A DNA stretch of 64,000 nucleotides, taken from Octopus vulgaris. Taxonomy: Eukaryota. This document shows, piece by piece, positions 40,079 through 53,544 of this stretch. The stretch is from NCBI GenBank assembly GCA_951406725.2, contig OX597822.1, forward strand, positions 72,416,001 to 72,480,000, written 5' to 3'. The number at the start of each line of letters is the position of its first letter. Position 1 is the first letter of the stretch. Under the pieces are notes generated by a model. It saw nothing but the letters and a program-made list of their open reading frames with translations. It was not told where the DNA came from and made no database searches. A program made the position numbers and the translations under genes.

Positions 40079-40144
<66 letters not shown>

Positions 40145-40926
40145 TTTTATATTAAGGCGGTTAGGTGTCAGACTTGAAATCCCACCGATGTCGACTTTAC
40201 CTTTCATATCCATGATGTTAAAATAAGCACGAGTAGTGTACTGTGGTAAATTTCGAAATTTCAGGCCTTGTGACAGTCGTGGAGAGGATCATATGTTATA
40301 AATATATACACAGACTTCCTCCATCCGCTCACATATATATGTAATTATACATAGAGACAGATATATTTAACTGTATACCGGTATATGAAATCACATATCT
40401 TCTACATTCTGTCACAGAATACATCTGTCGTGATTCTGCTCTCTTACGTTCAATAATTCGTTTTAACCTTTCTATTGCTGTTGTTTATCACGATTATTTG
40501 TAAATATGTTCCAGCATTAGCAGTTGTAAGAGGGGTGATGCTATAAATTAGTTCGATATATAGGCCAAAGTTTTAAATATACAAATTATTAATTATAAAC
40601 AACCGTTGATCTCCGACTCGTAAAATACCGGGTTAACATTCCATACGACACGGAATAAATATTCTAGTAGACTTTTGAGCTTACAAATGAATGTATATTT
40701 ACATTACTACTTTACATAAAAGCAAACAGAAACACACACACATACATCCCACACACACACGAGCACTCATGCGAGCACATACACACACACGAACATACAA
40801 ACAAACACACACAGAAACACAGACACACAGTCATGCCCATAAATATGATTATTTTCGTAGCTAAGTATATACAAACATGTTTAAGAGTGTGTTTTTGCAT
40901 ACATGTACGTGTGTATATATATATAC

Positions 40927-40976
<50 letters not shown>

Positions 40977-41383
40977 TTGTGCATGTGTTTGTGTGCGTGT
41001 GTGTGTGTTTATGTATAAATATTTTTATGTGAAAATTTTTTAATATATGAAATGAATTTAACACTAAACAAAGATTATTCACAGTTTTTCACTCGGGTAC
41101 ATGGCATTAACAGCGAACAAGCCGAAACTTTGAAGTCTCTCTCTCAACGTTGTAAAAATTAACTCATATATATATATATGCGTGTGTGTGTGTGCATGAA
41201 GGAAAGTGTACATAATATATGCACATATATACTATATTACATATATCTGTACACACACACACACATATATATTATAGTATATATATATAGTGTATATATA
41301 TTATAGTGTGTATATATATTTTTAGTATATATATATATGATAGTATATAAACATATATTATAATATATATACCCATATTATAA

Positions 41384-41419
<36 letters not shown>

Positions 41420-41517
41420 AGGTGGTGCTATTAAGTTAGACATGGCCTGGGCCAATAATGGCCGAAACCTATCAAAGTATCAAAGTATATGCATATATTC
41501 ATTTCTCACACTATCGG

Positions 41518-41575
<58 letters not shown>

Positions 41576-41622
41576 CATCTATCTATCTATCAATCTAAAT
41601 ATCTATATATTTGAGTGTACGG

Positions 41623-41656
<34 letters not shown>

Positions 41657-42795
41657 GTGTGTGGACCCACAGATATTAGATTTGGATGCATGTATTGATA
41701 GACAAGAGTATGGTTGTTTTGTTAAGAATATACAAAAACAAACTTATACACGCACGCGTATACAGACCCCAAGCCGCTGCCCCTATATCCGTTAGACTTC
41801 TATTTTTTTCAGCGCATCGTACGAATAACTCTATTCGAAAAATGGCGGCTCGCGAGCTGAGATTCGAACGAAATAACTCGATGTCCTGCATAATAATCTA
41901 AGGTAAACATTCGACCTTTACTTTAAATGTTTTATTCCAGATTTCTTCGTTTGCTTCATTCACAAAGGCATAAATCCATAGCGCTGACTATCTTTTGTGT
42001 CGTTGTTTATATTCCGTGTTGAAACATGTTTTTCAGATTAACTAAAATTATCCTGTTTAGTTTCATATGTGTTTGTCTATTTTACAAACACGCATACCTA
42101 CACACATTCATATCATTCATATACTTGCTATATTAAAATAAAATGTATCTCGTATCTCGCATTCCATACTAATATCTTTTATCGCTTTTATATCGAATCC
42201 ACATTCGGAAATATTACTTCCGGTTTCTTAAGTAAAGATAAGGTGTCATTTCAAAAACATCGTATCAGAGTCAAATTAAAAGAAACACACTTACATTAAT
42301 CTATTGTCCGTGAATTTCATTATTTCTTGAATTAAAAAGAAGTCAATATTATTCATGAGAAGCGTAAATAAAGTTTTCTTTTATTCATGAAATACCTGTC
42401 TTAGAAAACAGTAATTATTCATGAGAAGAGTAATTAAAATTTTCCTTAATTCAGGAAAACAGAAGCTACAATTAACTGCATTCCGATTATGTAATGAAAG
42501 AATGTAAATTGCTTAGAAGTTTTTAACTGAAATATCTTTTTCATACCTGGAAGAGATATTGAACTTTAGGCTACTAAAAGCTTTGATATAAATTAATATT
42601 ACAATTGGTAAACAATTGATATTGTTGCTTACAGAATTCCAACAGGCTAATTACTGGTTCGTTACATTTCTGACAGTGAAAATTATACGGGAATGTATGT
42701 AATACGGGGTTTCTAATTATACTCTACTTTACTTTGAAATCAGAAGTTAGGCTGTTATTGCTACTAATGTTAACGTAGACGTGAGCGTCTGAATG

Positions 42796-42868
<73 letters not shown>

Positions 42869-43302
42869 GTTGATATTTTCAATAATAACGCTGAATTCTA
42901 TAACTCTGCCTTAATCAAAGCAGGTTATACAGAAAAAATTTTCTACATTCATTCTGCTGTCTGATTGTAAATTCAATAATGTAGATAAGATTTCTAGTCG
43001 TAAAAGAATTATTGATAACAAACATAACTTACGCACCGATACAAAGCGAATGAAGGCAGATAACCCTTATTTATTCCCCTATTATCGATCTAAAAGTAAA
43101 TATAACACCTTCTAAAGTAATTACGCTATGAATACTAGTAAAAATATTTGGTTAATAATTCCTTACGGGAGACAAATTAAATCTAATCTCCCACTGCTGT
43201 TTCGTCAAGCTATTGCTAGGAATTTTCCAAACAATTCTAGATATTACTCTATAATTAATTCACATAAGGCTAGGGTAGGTTTTTCAAACACAAAAAAATC
43301 TC

Positions 43303-43770
43303 TTGCAAATTATATCTTCTCATAATAACAAACTGTTAAATATTAATACATTTACTAATACTAACATTAATTTAGCTAATACCATCCAACCCTCTAGAAA
43401 TATTAATAACAAGGTTATTGTATCTGAAGTCAATTCCAATAGAATTAAATTTATGTCAAGTAACTCTAAGATTAAAAATTCTATATACCAGTGTATAATC
43501 AGTACTCGTAATAAAGTACGATTTTACATTGGAAGCACATCGTTAGAGTTATCTAAAAGAATTTCTATCCATTACTCAAAATTTAGGGATAGAAATAAAC
43601 GGAATAGTACCGGTCTCAGCAAACTGATTTGGGATTTAAAAGACCACAATGAACAATTTCATTTAGAATGGTTGATCCTCTCAATTTCGATACCATATGA
43701 CAAAGGCAAGAAATTCTGTCTTCTCTGCAATTCTGAGCTATTTTTCATTATTTTTTCTAAAATACTCTAG
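43303..43770 (+). pseudogene. GIY-YIG endonuclease domain of the PLE
   Basis: 155-aa ORF with IYQ...YIG, conserved Arg, and CxLCxxE. Confidence 0.88.
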
Positions 43771-44035
43771 TAAACACGGTTATAGAACGAGCATATAAGC
43801 ATTGGCAGAAACATACTTTTAGTGCATATAAGTAGTCTCTATCACTATATATAGTTTAAACTTTAATTTCCTTTATATTTAACATTCACTATTAATATCC
43901 CTACTCTTTCTGTTAGCTACTTATGACGTTATATCATATAACGTTTTTTTAAACAATATTAATAGCGTTCTGTCTATCGCTATACGAATCCATCATTTTT
44001 TGCTAAAATGTCGTATTGACGAGTTTCGTTTTTTC

Positions 44036-44121
44036 ACTTTCCCGAAGAGAAGATTGCATTGTTTATACCTTTTATTCTTTTGAATAGTATCAGTGGAATT
44101 TTCGAAACATATGTAGAAAGT
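44036..44121 (+). ncRNA. Hammerhead motif in the PLE 3' pseudo-LTR (one core mutation)
   Basis: actttc CCGAAGA gaagattgcattg...cagtggaattttc GAAAC atat GTA gaaagt: 6-bp stem I, 13-bp stem II with wobbles and one mismatch, palindromic ACATATGT. Confidence 0.75.
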
Positions 44122-44160
44122 AAAAATACTTGTTTAAACCTGCGTTAACTCCATTTTTTA

Positions 44161-44206
<46 letters not shown>

Positions 44207-44714
44207 TGTGTGTGTATAGCGGTCAGCTCTCGCCAGGTTGAAGAAAGCGTGTCTGCCTGTTTCCTTTATAGATGTTATGCGAAGCACTTCTGAAGTGGTT
44301 TTGTTGGTTTTACAGCGTTCTCTTTCACCATCTCGAATATTTCTGCTCTCGGGCATTATCGCTTGGTAGAAGTAGAGTCTATAATGTGTTTAACCGTTCT
44401 TTTGACAAGTTTGTTTTAAATACTTACATATATGCGTTCATCCATGCACGTACAGATGCATAGATGCATAGATACATACGTTTATACATACATACATGCG
44501 TACATCCATACATACGGTTATACATACATACCTGCATACATACAGCAGGCGTTAGAGCGTCGAATAGAATGTTTTACAATTAATTCTGGTTTCCTCACTC
44601 TCGGCGCAAATCAGATGAGGGATGCATGCATAAATATTGCATACATTTTTTTTTACTCACTGGCATTAGCCAATGAGGGTGGCTCTACGCCGTCCTTAGA
44701 TTTCCAATAGATAC

Positions 44715-45055
44715 TCTTTTACTCTTTTACTTGTTTCAGTCATTTGACTGCGACCATGCTGGTGCACTGCGTTTATTCGAGCAAATCGCCCCCAGGACTT
44801 ATTCTTTGTAAGCCTAGTACTTATTCTATCGGGCTCTTTTGCCAAACCGCTAAGTTACGGGGGCGTAAACACACCAACATCGGTTGTCATGCGATGCTGG
44901 GGGGACAAACACAGACACACTAACATTTACACACATACATACATATATATTTATATATATATATATAAATACATATATACGACGGTCTTCTTTCAGTTTC
45001 CGTCTACCTAATCCACTCAGAAGGCTTTGGTTGGCCCGAGGCTATAGTAGAAGAC
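44715..45055 (-). mobile_element. SINE family A (head missing)
   Basis: Collinear with the reverse complement of 2865-3239. Confidence 0.88.
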
Positions 45056-45385
45056 GGTTATTTTTATTTTCTTATATCTTTTAGTTTGGAGGGAAGAGAA
45101 TATGCATCGCTCTTTGAAGGAGCAATATGGCATGGATTCATTCCCCGTAGGCAGCGGAATGAATCCTCAAACCCGATGCATGGACTGATTGCTTTCAATA
45201 GATAGGACTTTACTGAAGATAAACGTGTTACAAAGTCTGAGAATGAAATCTACAACCCACAAAAATACTAGAGCGAGATTTAAATTTGGCGAAAGGAACA
45301 AATACACATGCCACAATGTTTCCGGTCCGGTAGTCTTGCAGTTCCACCAATAACAACGCCTTTGAATAATGTTTTTTATCTATAA

Positions 45386-45600
45386 GGCGGCGAGCTGGCA
45401 GAACCGTTAGTACGCCGGGCGAAATGCTTAGGGGTATTTCGTCTGTCTTTACGTTCTGAGTTCAAATTCCACCAAGGTCGACTTTACTTTTCATCCTTTC
45501 GGCGTCGATAAATTAAGTAACAGTTGCGTACTGGGGTCGATCTATATGACTGGGCTCCTCTCGCAAAATTTCAGACCTTGTGTGCCTCGAGCAGAAAAGA
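45386..45600 (+). mobile_element. SINE family B, tail type 2
   Basis: GGCGGCGAGCTGGCAGAA head and core, tail AAAATTTCAGACCTTGTG..AGAAAAGAAT. Confidence 0.88.
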
Positions 45601-45788
45601 ATATTTTTTATCGATCTGGAATTATTGAAAGGTAAAGTTCACCTCGGCAGGATGAGAAATTCCAGATCACTGACATTTGAGAGAAATGTCTGACATTCTA
45701 ACGACCCTTTTATGAAATTACATCCTATTTGCTTAAAAAGTGTGATCATTGGTTAGTGAGGTTCGCAGTGAATTTTGTGCAATTAGAA

Positions 45789-46062
45789 ATGGCTCAGTGG
45801 CTAGGGTTTTCGGCTTTCTGTTCTTGAGCAAAACAATTTATTTCTCATGACCCCAGTGCACGCAACTAACAACAATGAGAGGTACCTATTTTTCAGATGA
45901 CCAACCTTGTCACACTGCGTATCACGCATAATTTCCCTGAGAAGTTCATTACGGGTACGCATGTCTGTGGAGTGCTCAGCCACTTGCACATTTTTCATGA
46001 GGAGGCTACTCCGTTGATAGAATAAACTGGAACGCTCATCGTCGAAACTGACGAGTGCCAGT
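45789..46062 (+). mobile_element. tRNA-derived SINE family E (internally deleted)
   Basis: A-box TGGCTCAGTGG, CORE-like TGTTCTTGAGCAAAACA, 3' hairpin; single copy in the window. Confidence 0.55.
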
Positions 46063-46071
46063 TTAAGGTAC

Positions 46072-46121
<50 letters not shown>

Positions 46122-46215
46122 ATGTGTGTGTGTATGTGTTTACACATACATACATATAAACATATGTATGAGTGGTCGTGTGTGCACGTAGCCTCACATG
46201 CACACATACACACAC

Positions 46216-46287
<72 letters not shown>

Positions 46288-46810
46288 CTGCACACGGAAG
46301 TTAATTTCTGAATACTTGATACGGGGATAAAAACAGATCGAATATATGCATAACACACGTCTCCCAGAAACCAAGCCCACCTCAGACACCCACCCTAAAA
46401 TCTAGTTCATCGTGTTTTTCAGATAAAATAACACGTGACTTTGAACATAAATCATATTGCAACATAAATTACCTCATAATCATACATATGACACTATTTG
46501 AGAATCAGAGCGAGAGACACAGCTTAATGGCTTTGCATCGATTTGCTATTTAAAACATGATCCGATATGGATTTTAGAGAAAATATAACCTAAATGTTGA
46601 TAGGGCACCTGATTATTATCTTTTATTTCTAAAGTAAATACTAAGTGGCAGGTAATGTCTGTATAGCATTAGTATTTAGCTTTCCCATACATGTATGAAC
46701 ATACACCTCACACACATATATACAGAGATATACGTATACATATACACATATATATATATACGAACGCACACAAGCATATATATACACACACCTTATGCAT
46801 GTATATATAG

Positions 46811-46866
<56 letters not shown>

Positions 46867-46873
46867 ATATATA

Positions 46874-47178
46874 TTGTCGTTGTTTGCTCCTTCTCGAGCC
46901 AAGCCTGACTCATAGGGCCGGTTTCCCAGTTTCCTTGGCGTATAGGTTCCCCACATGGACGGGACGCCGGTCCGTCACAGGTGAGCTGCAAGATGCAGGA
47001 GATAAGAGTGAGAGAAAGTTGTAGCGAAAGAGTCATCAGAAGTTCGCCATTACCTTCTGCCAGAGCATCGTGGAGCTTAGGTGTTTCGCTCATAAACACA
47101 CACATCGCCCGGTCTGAGATTCGAACCCGCGATCCCACGACCGCGAGTCTACTGCACTAACCACTAGGTCATGTGTCT

Positions 47179-47180
<2 letters not shown>
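46874..47180 (-). mobile_element. tRNA-derived SINE family D, tail type 2
   Basis: Head TGACCTAGTGGTTAG..GACTCGCGGTC..GGTTCGAATC; shares head and middle with 4986-5281 but has a different tail ending in (AAC)n. Confidence 0.88.
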
Positions 47181-47252
<72 letters not shown>

Positions 47253-47699
47253 GTAAATAATTTGCCGGTAGGGACACAGTATTTTTTTATGCAACTGTAA
47301 TATACTACCAAGTGTATTAAAAGCATAATAAGAGAATAATGTGTCCTACTGTGTTAGCAGTGATATTAAATGACATTTTAAGGTTATCTGCACAGATCGT
47401 CTGTAGAAATTATCATATCCTGCACTGATTTGTTACGACGTTTCATATCCGAATACATGTAATGTAAACAACGTAGGAGAAGATGGAAAAAATAGGTAAT
47501 GTGTGTCTATGCTTATTTCAGGAGTTATTGCTCTTTCCTCTGTACTACATACAAGCCATTACCTATCAACGTACTCATTCCTTAAATAACGCCTAAATAT
47601 GGCGGTGTAACACTATTGGATGTACCGATTTAACATATTAATTAAATTCCTTGTAACCGGTATGCACATATTGCTGGTAGGGACACTGTATTTCGTTAT

Positions 47700-47752
<53 letters not shown>

Positions 47753-47912
47753 CGACGGGCTTCTTTCAGTTTCAGTCTACCAAATCCACTCACAAGGCTT
47801 TGGTTGGGCCGAGGCTATAGTAGAAGACACTTGCCCAAGGTGCCACACAATGGGACTGAACCCGGAACCATGTGGTTGGTAAGAAAGCTACATACCACGC
47901 AGCCACTCCTGC

Positions 47913-47913
<1 letters not shown>
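47700..47913 (-). mobile_element. SINE family A 5' half
   Basis: Head to internal microsatellite only. Confidence 0.88.
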
Positions 47914-47962
<49 letters not shown>

Positions 47963-48204
47963 ATATATATATATATATATATATAAGGAAAATAAGATAA
48001 GGTAGGAAGTGCAAAAATGATTTTATCATGAAATGCGTTTTGTGACCTAACTGTGGTATGAAAGTTTATATTTTTACGAGTTCTCTGATTGATGTATATA
48101 AACATGTCAGAATCAGATATGCGAAAATATTTGAAAAAGGAGAGAAATGGATAGAGATATGGAAAGAAATGGAGAAAAGTAGACAGAGAACTATTAGTTT
48201 CAAG

Positions 48205-48407
48205 TTATGGCGAAAGGCCAGTAATTTCGGGGAAGGGTTACATCAATTACATCGACCTCAGTACTCAACTGGTACTTTTTTTACAAACCCCGAACAGATG
48301 AAAGGCAAAGTTAGCTTCGGCGGAATTTGTACTCAGAACGTTTTGTCAGAATAGATAGCGCTAAGCATGTTTACCGGCGACTTAGCTATCATACCAGCTC
48401 ACCGCTT
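48205..48407 (-). mobile_element. SINE family B, degenerate
   Basis: GATGAAAGGCAAAGTTAGCTTCGGCGGAATTTGTACTCAGAACG. Confidence 0.8.
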
Positions 48408-49077
48408 TAGATAGAAATTCAATACGATTTGGAAGAAAAGGGTGAATTTAATAACGTTGAACTTTACCGTCTGCAAAAAGAAATCAAATTGCCTTGTGGG
48501 TAGTCAGGGAATTTTGATTAGAATACAGTAATCAAGAACATATATTTGAACGAAATATTGCTATGCGATATATTCAGTAAAATTTCAGTAATATAGCAGA
48601 GAAAAACACCCAAGAATATGTTGCTCAGATCAGTAATTGTTAACCTTATCAATACTGCCCCTGCATCATTCTATTAGGATTATTCTTACGGTTCAGTGTT
48701 TCAGCAGGTTAAAGGAAGATTATATTAGCTAAAGTGCTGTTGAAAACAGCTGAAAACTCTGTCTTCCGGAAGTTAATTTAGAATAAACGATGTGATACTG
48801 ACAATTCATCTCTTAACCTCATGATTAAGATTATAATCCTGTGTGAAGACATCCGAAACACTAATTCATCACACAATTGCCATGCTACTTATTCATCACT
48901 TGCAGAACCTATTCTATTTCAAACATTCAAGCCAGGTCCCATAATGCTTTCGTTCTTTCTACAAGTGTCTGATGTCTCGATCCCTGTCAATAGCATTTAC
49001 CATTTTTCTTTGACTAAACGATAACAAATAAAAGATTACAGCAGCAGAATTTACTCAATGGGAATATTTATTGTGAA

Positions 49078-49300
49078 CAGTGAGTGAAATGAAACGAACC
49101 ATATCGCATTTCGATTGCATATATTAAGTGGATCATGAATGCTCTATAATAGTGTCCCGTATTCCATAATAGGTCACTGGATCACAACCAGTGAGTGAAA
49201 TGAAACGAACCATATCGCATTTCGATTGCATATATTAAGTGGATCATGAATGCTCTATATCAGTGTTCCGTATTCCATGATAGGTCACTGGATCACAACC
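49078..49300. repeat. 111-bp direct tandem duplication (2 copies)
   Basis: CAGTGAGTGAAATGAAACGAACC...GGATCACAAC repeated with about 4 substitutions. Confidence 0.95.
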
Positions 49301-50289
49301 GACGTCTTCATTTTTATTTACAGAAATGAATTCAGGTATTGGATGTACCGATTTTACATATTAAGTACATTCCTTGTAACCGGTATGTACATAATGCTGG
49401 TAGGGACATTGTATTTCGTTATGCAACTACAATATACTACTAAATATATTAAAGGCTTTATAAGCGTTTGTCCAGTGGAAGCGTCATATGATAGGGCGAG
49501 AGTTATGATATTGATCTGGTAATACATGAAGTGAAACGAAACGGTTCAAGCCTCTAACACAAGATTCTGAATTTGATGCAACCGGTGTGGGAGCGTAACG
49601 ATATTTTACGGAAATTGTATTTACAATGCAATATATTGCTTTCTGAACTACAGAACTAATACAAATAATGAAAGGGTGAAGTTCATACGAAACTATGCAA
49701 CAACGCCTCCAGTCATCTATTGAGACTACACCATCCACACATGCTCTAGTACCAGCAACGAGGGAAATATAATAATGGAGTGGTTGTTACACTTCCGCAC
49801 GGAACTGTCTCTTGTGAAAGCAACTCCGGGGTATTGGAAAAAATATATGTTTTCACTATTTCATATAATCGGAAACCGGGTGATAGATTAAGGATATAAA
49901 TTCTATACAAATCAGAAATATAAACCAGAGGCTGTACTTTATTACTCATATTTGTATACATTATTTACGACATGTGTGAGAGTGGGTGTGCTATAAATAT
50001 TTCCTTGGCGTTATATCAGCTGGCACAAACCGTTGTTTCTGCTTCTTTGTTTCTCTGACAGCAATCATAACGGCTAATTCCACGCCAGTCTCCAGTACAG
50101 TGCGTGTTAACTAGATTGTTATAACGAATGAGCAGGAGCGTATGTGTGCTACGTTTTTCGCATGAGATACATGAGTTTGTGCGCGGGTGGTGTTGATGGG
50201 CTCCTATAAGTTCACACACATGCACATGTGTATATGCTTGATTGTTTTAAGTATATTTATAATTATAATGCACATATCGGTATGTTTAT

Positions 50290-50327
50290 ATATACATACA
50301 TACACATATACATACATACATACATAT

Positions 50328-50361
<34 letters not shown>

Positions 50362-50514
50362 TTACATACATATGCACAAATATATATATATATTTATGTA
50401 TGTACATATAAATATATAAATATGTAATGTAATGCGCATATATATACATATGCGTAAAATATATATATATATATGTATATAAATTTATGTATGTATATAT
50501 AAATATGTAATGTA

Positions 50515-50551
<37 letters not shown>

Positions 50552-50554
50552 ATG

Positions 50555-50631
<77 letters not shown>

Positions 50632-50734
50632 AATATATATAGACAGATATACATTGATAAATAGATAGATTGAAAGATAGATATAGATATAAACACACAT
50701 AAACATATATATATTTTTATAAGCATATATATAC

Positions 50735-50767
<33 letters not shown>

Positions 50768-50840
50768 CATATATATATACATTTACACACACATGTCCTT
50801 GCTTCTGCTTATTTGTGTGTGTATGTATATTTATATACAT
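50290..50840. repeat. Degenerate TA/CATA-rich microsatellite field
   Basis: Direct reading. Confidence 0.9.
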
Positions 50841-51164
50841 CCATGCATAAATGCGGCATATACATAATGACCATAATAAATTATGAAAAGATAATTTTAT
50901 GTCATATTTAAAAAGCCATCAACGTTAATTGCATCTGGAATTTTTTAAAAATGATGCATGGAAGATTTAAAAATATAACGAGCAAATAAGAGAAAGATAT
51001 TTCCGCCATTAAAAATATGAATAAAACTGACCCAAAATAATATTTTTTGTCTTCTTTCTTTCTTTCCTTTTTTTTTTTGCTTCATTCGTTATTTAATTTG
51101 ATATTATAATAATATAAACAACTACAATACATTTTGAAATTCTATGAAAAAGAAGCTGCGTAGG

Positions 51165-51215
51165 AATAATGGTATTATCATTATTACTGCTGTTGTTGTT
51201 GTTATTGTTATTATC

Positions 51216-51250
<35 letters not shown>

Positions 51251-51498
51251 TATTATTATTATTAGTAGTAGTAGTAATAGTAGTAGTAGTAATAATAATG
51301 ACTGTTGTAATTGTTGTAGTTGTTGTCATTGTTGTAGTAGTTGTAGTTGTTGTCATTGTTGTAGTAGTTGTAGCGAAAGCAGCAAGGAGGAGCAGGAGGA
51401 GGAGGGGAAGAAGAAGAAGAAGAAGAAGAAGAAGAAGAAGAAGAAGAAGAAGAAGAAGAAGAAGAAGAAGAAGAAGAAGAAGAAGAAGAAGAAGAAGA
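51165..51498. repeat. Compound trinucleotide microsatellite ending in (AAG)n
   Basis: (ATT),(GTT),(AAT),(AGT),(GAG),(AAG) blocks. Confidence 0.95.
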
Positions 51499-52007
51499 AT
51501 ATTTGAGCGCAAAAAAAATGCGAGAAGGAAAATGAAACTGGTTGACAACGTGTTGCAAGCTACTGATAATGTAGCTTGCTATCAGCCCATACAGATGGTA
51601 ATACATCGCCAAAAAAAGGGAGAAATTATCTGAATATAAACCTCTACATATAAACCCGAATATTAAGCCTGAAAATAGAAACAATCTCGGTAATAAAAGA
51701 TGCTTTAGGAATGACGAAAAACAAAAACATGCAGAAATATATGTATAAGTAGAATAGCAGGAGTTATCTTTCGTGAATTACGAATTCTGAAATACATAGA
51801 TGTAAAAGGATATGATTTCATTTTGTATGAACGGTTGCCACTTGCACTGCCATTTCTGTCACACATTTTCATTCAATAATCATTTCATAGCTAAGCTCAT
51901 TCTTGTTACAGTTTTTTTCTTCTTCCGGATAAAATGCTAAGTGACATTTCCTCCGTTTGTTCGTTCTGAGTTCTAATTCCGTCGAGGTCAATTTTGCCTT
52001 TCATCCT

Positions 52008-52439
52008 CTTTACTCTTTACTCTTTACTCTTTTACTCTTTTACTTGTTTCAGTCATTTGACTGCGGCCATGCTGGAGCACCACTTTTAGTCGAGCAAATC
52101 GACCCCAGGACTTATTCTTTGTAAGCCTAGTACTTATTCTATCGGTCTCTTTTGCCGAACCGCTAAGTTACGGGGACGTAAACACACAAGCATCAGTTGT
52201 CAAGCGATGTTGGTGGTGGGGCACAAACACAGACACACAAACATATACACACACTCATGTACATATACATATATACGACGGGCTTCTTTCAGTTTCCGTC
52301 TCCCAAATCCACTCACAAGGCTTTACTCGGCCCGAGGCTGTAGTAGAAGACACTTGCCCAAGGTGCAACGCAGTGGAACTGAACCCGGAAGCATGTGGTT
52401 GGTAAGCAAGCTACTTACCACACAGCCACTCCTACGCCT
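52008..52439 (-). mobile_element. Full-length SINE family A nested within family B pieces
   Basis: Complete reverse-complement copy. Family B fragments at 51930-52007 (+), 52441-52535 (-) and 52538-52640 (+). Confidence 0.9.
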
Positions 52440-52868
52440 ATGGATGAAAGGCAAATTCGACCTCGGCGGAACTCAAAATGTAAGGACAGCTAAGCATTTC
52501 GCCCGGCGAGCTAACGTTTCTGCCAGCTCGCCGCCTATCGATGTTGATAAAATAAGCACCATTCAAGTATCAGGCTGGATGTAAATGACTTGCGCTTCGC
52601 TTCAAAAATTACTGGCCTGGCGCCAAAATTTGAGACTATTATAAAAAACCTGGCAGAATAGTTAGAAAAGCGGATGAAGTGCTTTGCAACTTTTCCTCTG
52701 CTCTGAGAACAAATTCCACCGATGAGATTTTTGCCTTGCTGATTCTCTGCCAATATTTAAACCATTATTATTATTATTATTATTATTATTAGTAGTAGTA
52801 GTAGTAGTAGTAGTAGCAGCAGTAGTAGTAGTAGTAATAGTAGTAGTAGTAGTAGTAGTAGTAGCAGC

Positions 52869-52920
<52 letters not shown>

Positions 52921-53455
52921 TGTGAGAGAGCAGTTCATGCCATCTAAGTGACACTGAGATATAAATATACGAAGCCCAGTATACCCATCATGACTACCCA
53001 TCTGATAAGTTTACACCAGGCACATGCATCACGACCATATGTGCGTGACATATTAATCTCATATCAAGATAAACAGCGCGTAACCTTGCAGGTGGAGCCC
53101 TGTTAGAATTTTCTGCAACCCACCCTGCTCAAAAGGTCTCTGAATAAAGGTTGTTGAAGGATGATGAATGAAACACCAATGTTTGCAAGAGTGAATTATT
53201 CAAACCTCAAAAATTCCCTCACAACACATGGCTATGATGCTCCCCCACTACTTCTGCTCATGATCAGAGATGCACATATCGTCAGTTACTAAGAGACATA
53301 CGCAACTGGTTAAGGTCAAACAACTGACAAGCAAATCTTTGGTATTGAGCAGAATATTTGCCGTAAGCCCATCTTTTATACCAAGACAAAACAATGTACA
53401 TGATAACACTTCCAATCAGTTAAGATTAGAAGGCATGAGAACAACTGCCTGGTAG
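52921..53455 (-). mobile_element. Family C element
   Basis: Reverse complement of 6137-6691; between (AGT)n and (TAT)n tracts. Confidence 0.9.
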
Positions 53456-53471
53456 TGTATTATTATTATTA

Positions 53472-53526
<55 letters not shown>

Positions 53527-53544
53527 GCAATAATAATAAGAAAA

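Larger units (their letters stand above)
42862..44162 (+). mobile_element. 5'-truncated Penelope-like retroelement (post-RT region, GIY-YIG endonuclease, 3' pseudo-LTR)
   Basis: DIFNNNAEFYNSALIKAGY; KNIWLIIPY..NFPNNSRYYSIIN; IISSHNNKLL; IYQCII..FYIGST..KR...H...F..STGLSKLIWDLK..W.IL..FCLLCNSE; frameshifted; (TA)n on both flanks. Confidence 0.92.

Noticed and set aside
46024-46063. Hairpin containing GAAAC and CTGACGA as a hammerhead
   Set aside because: The motifs overlap in the wrong geometry with no stem II; it is the 3' hairpin of SINE family E.
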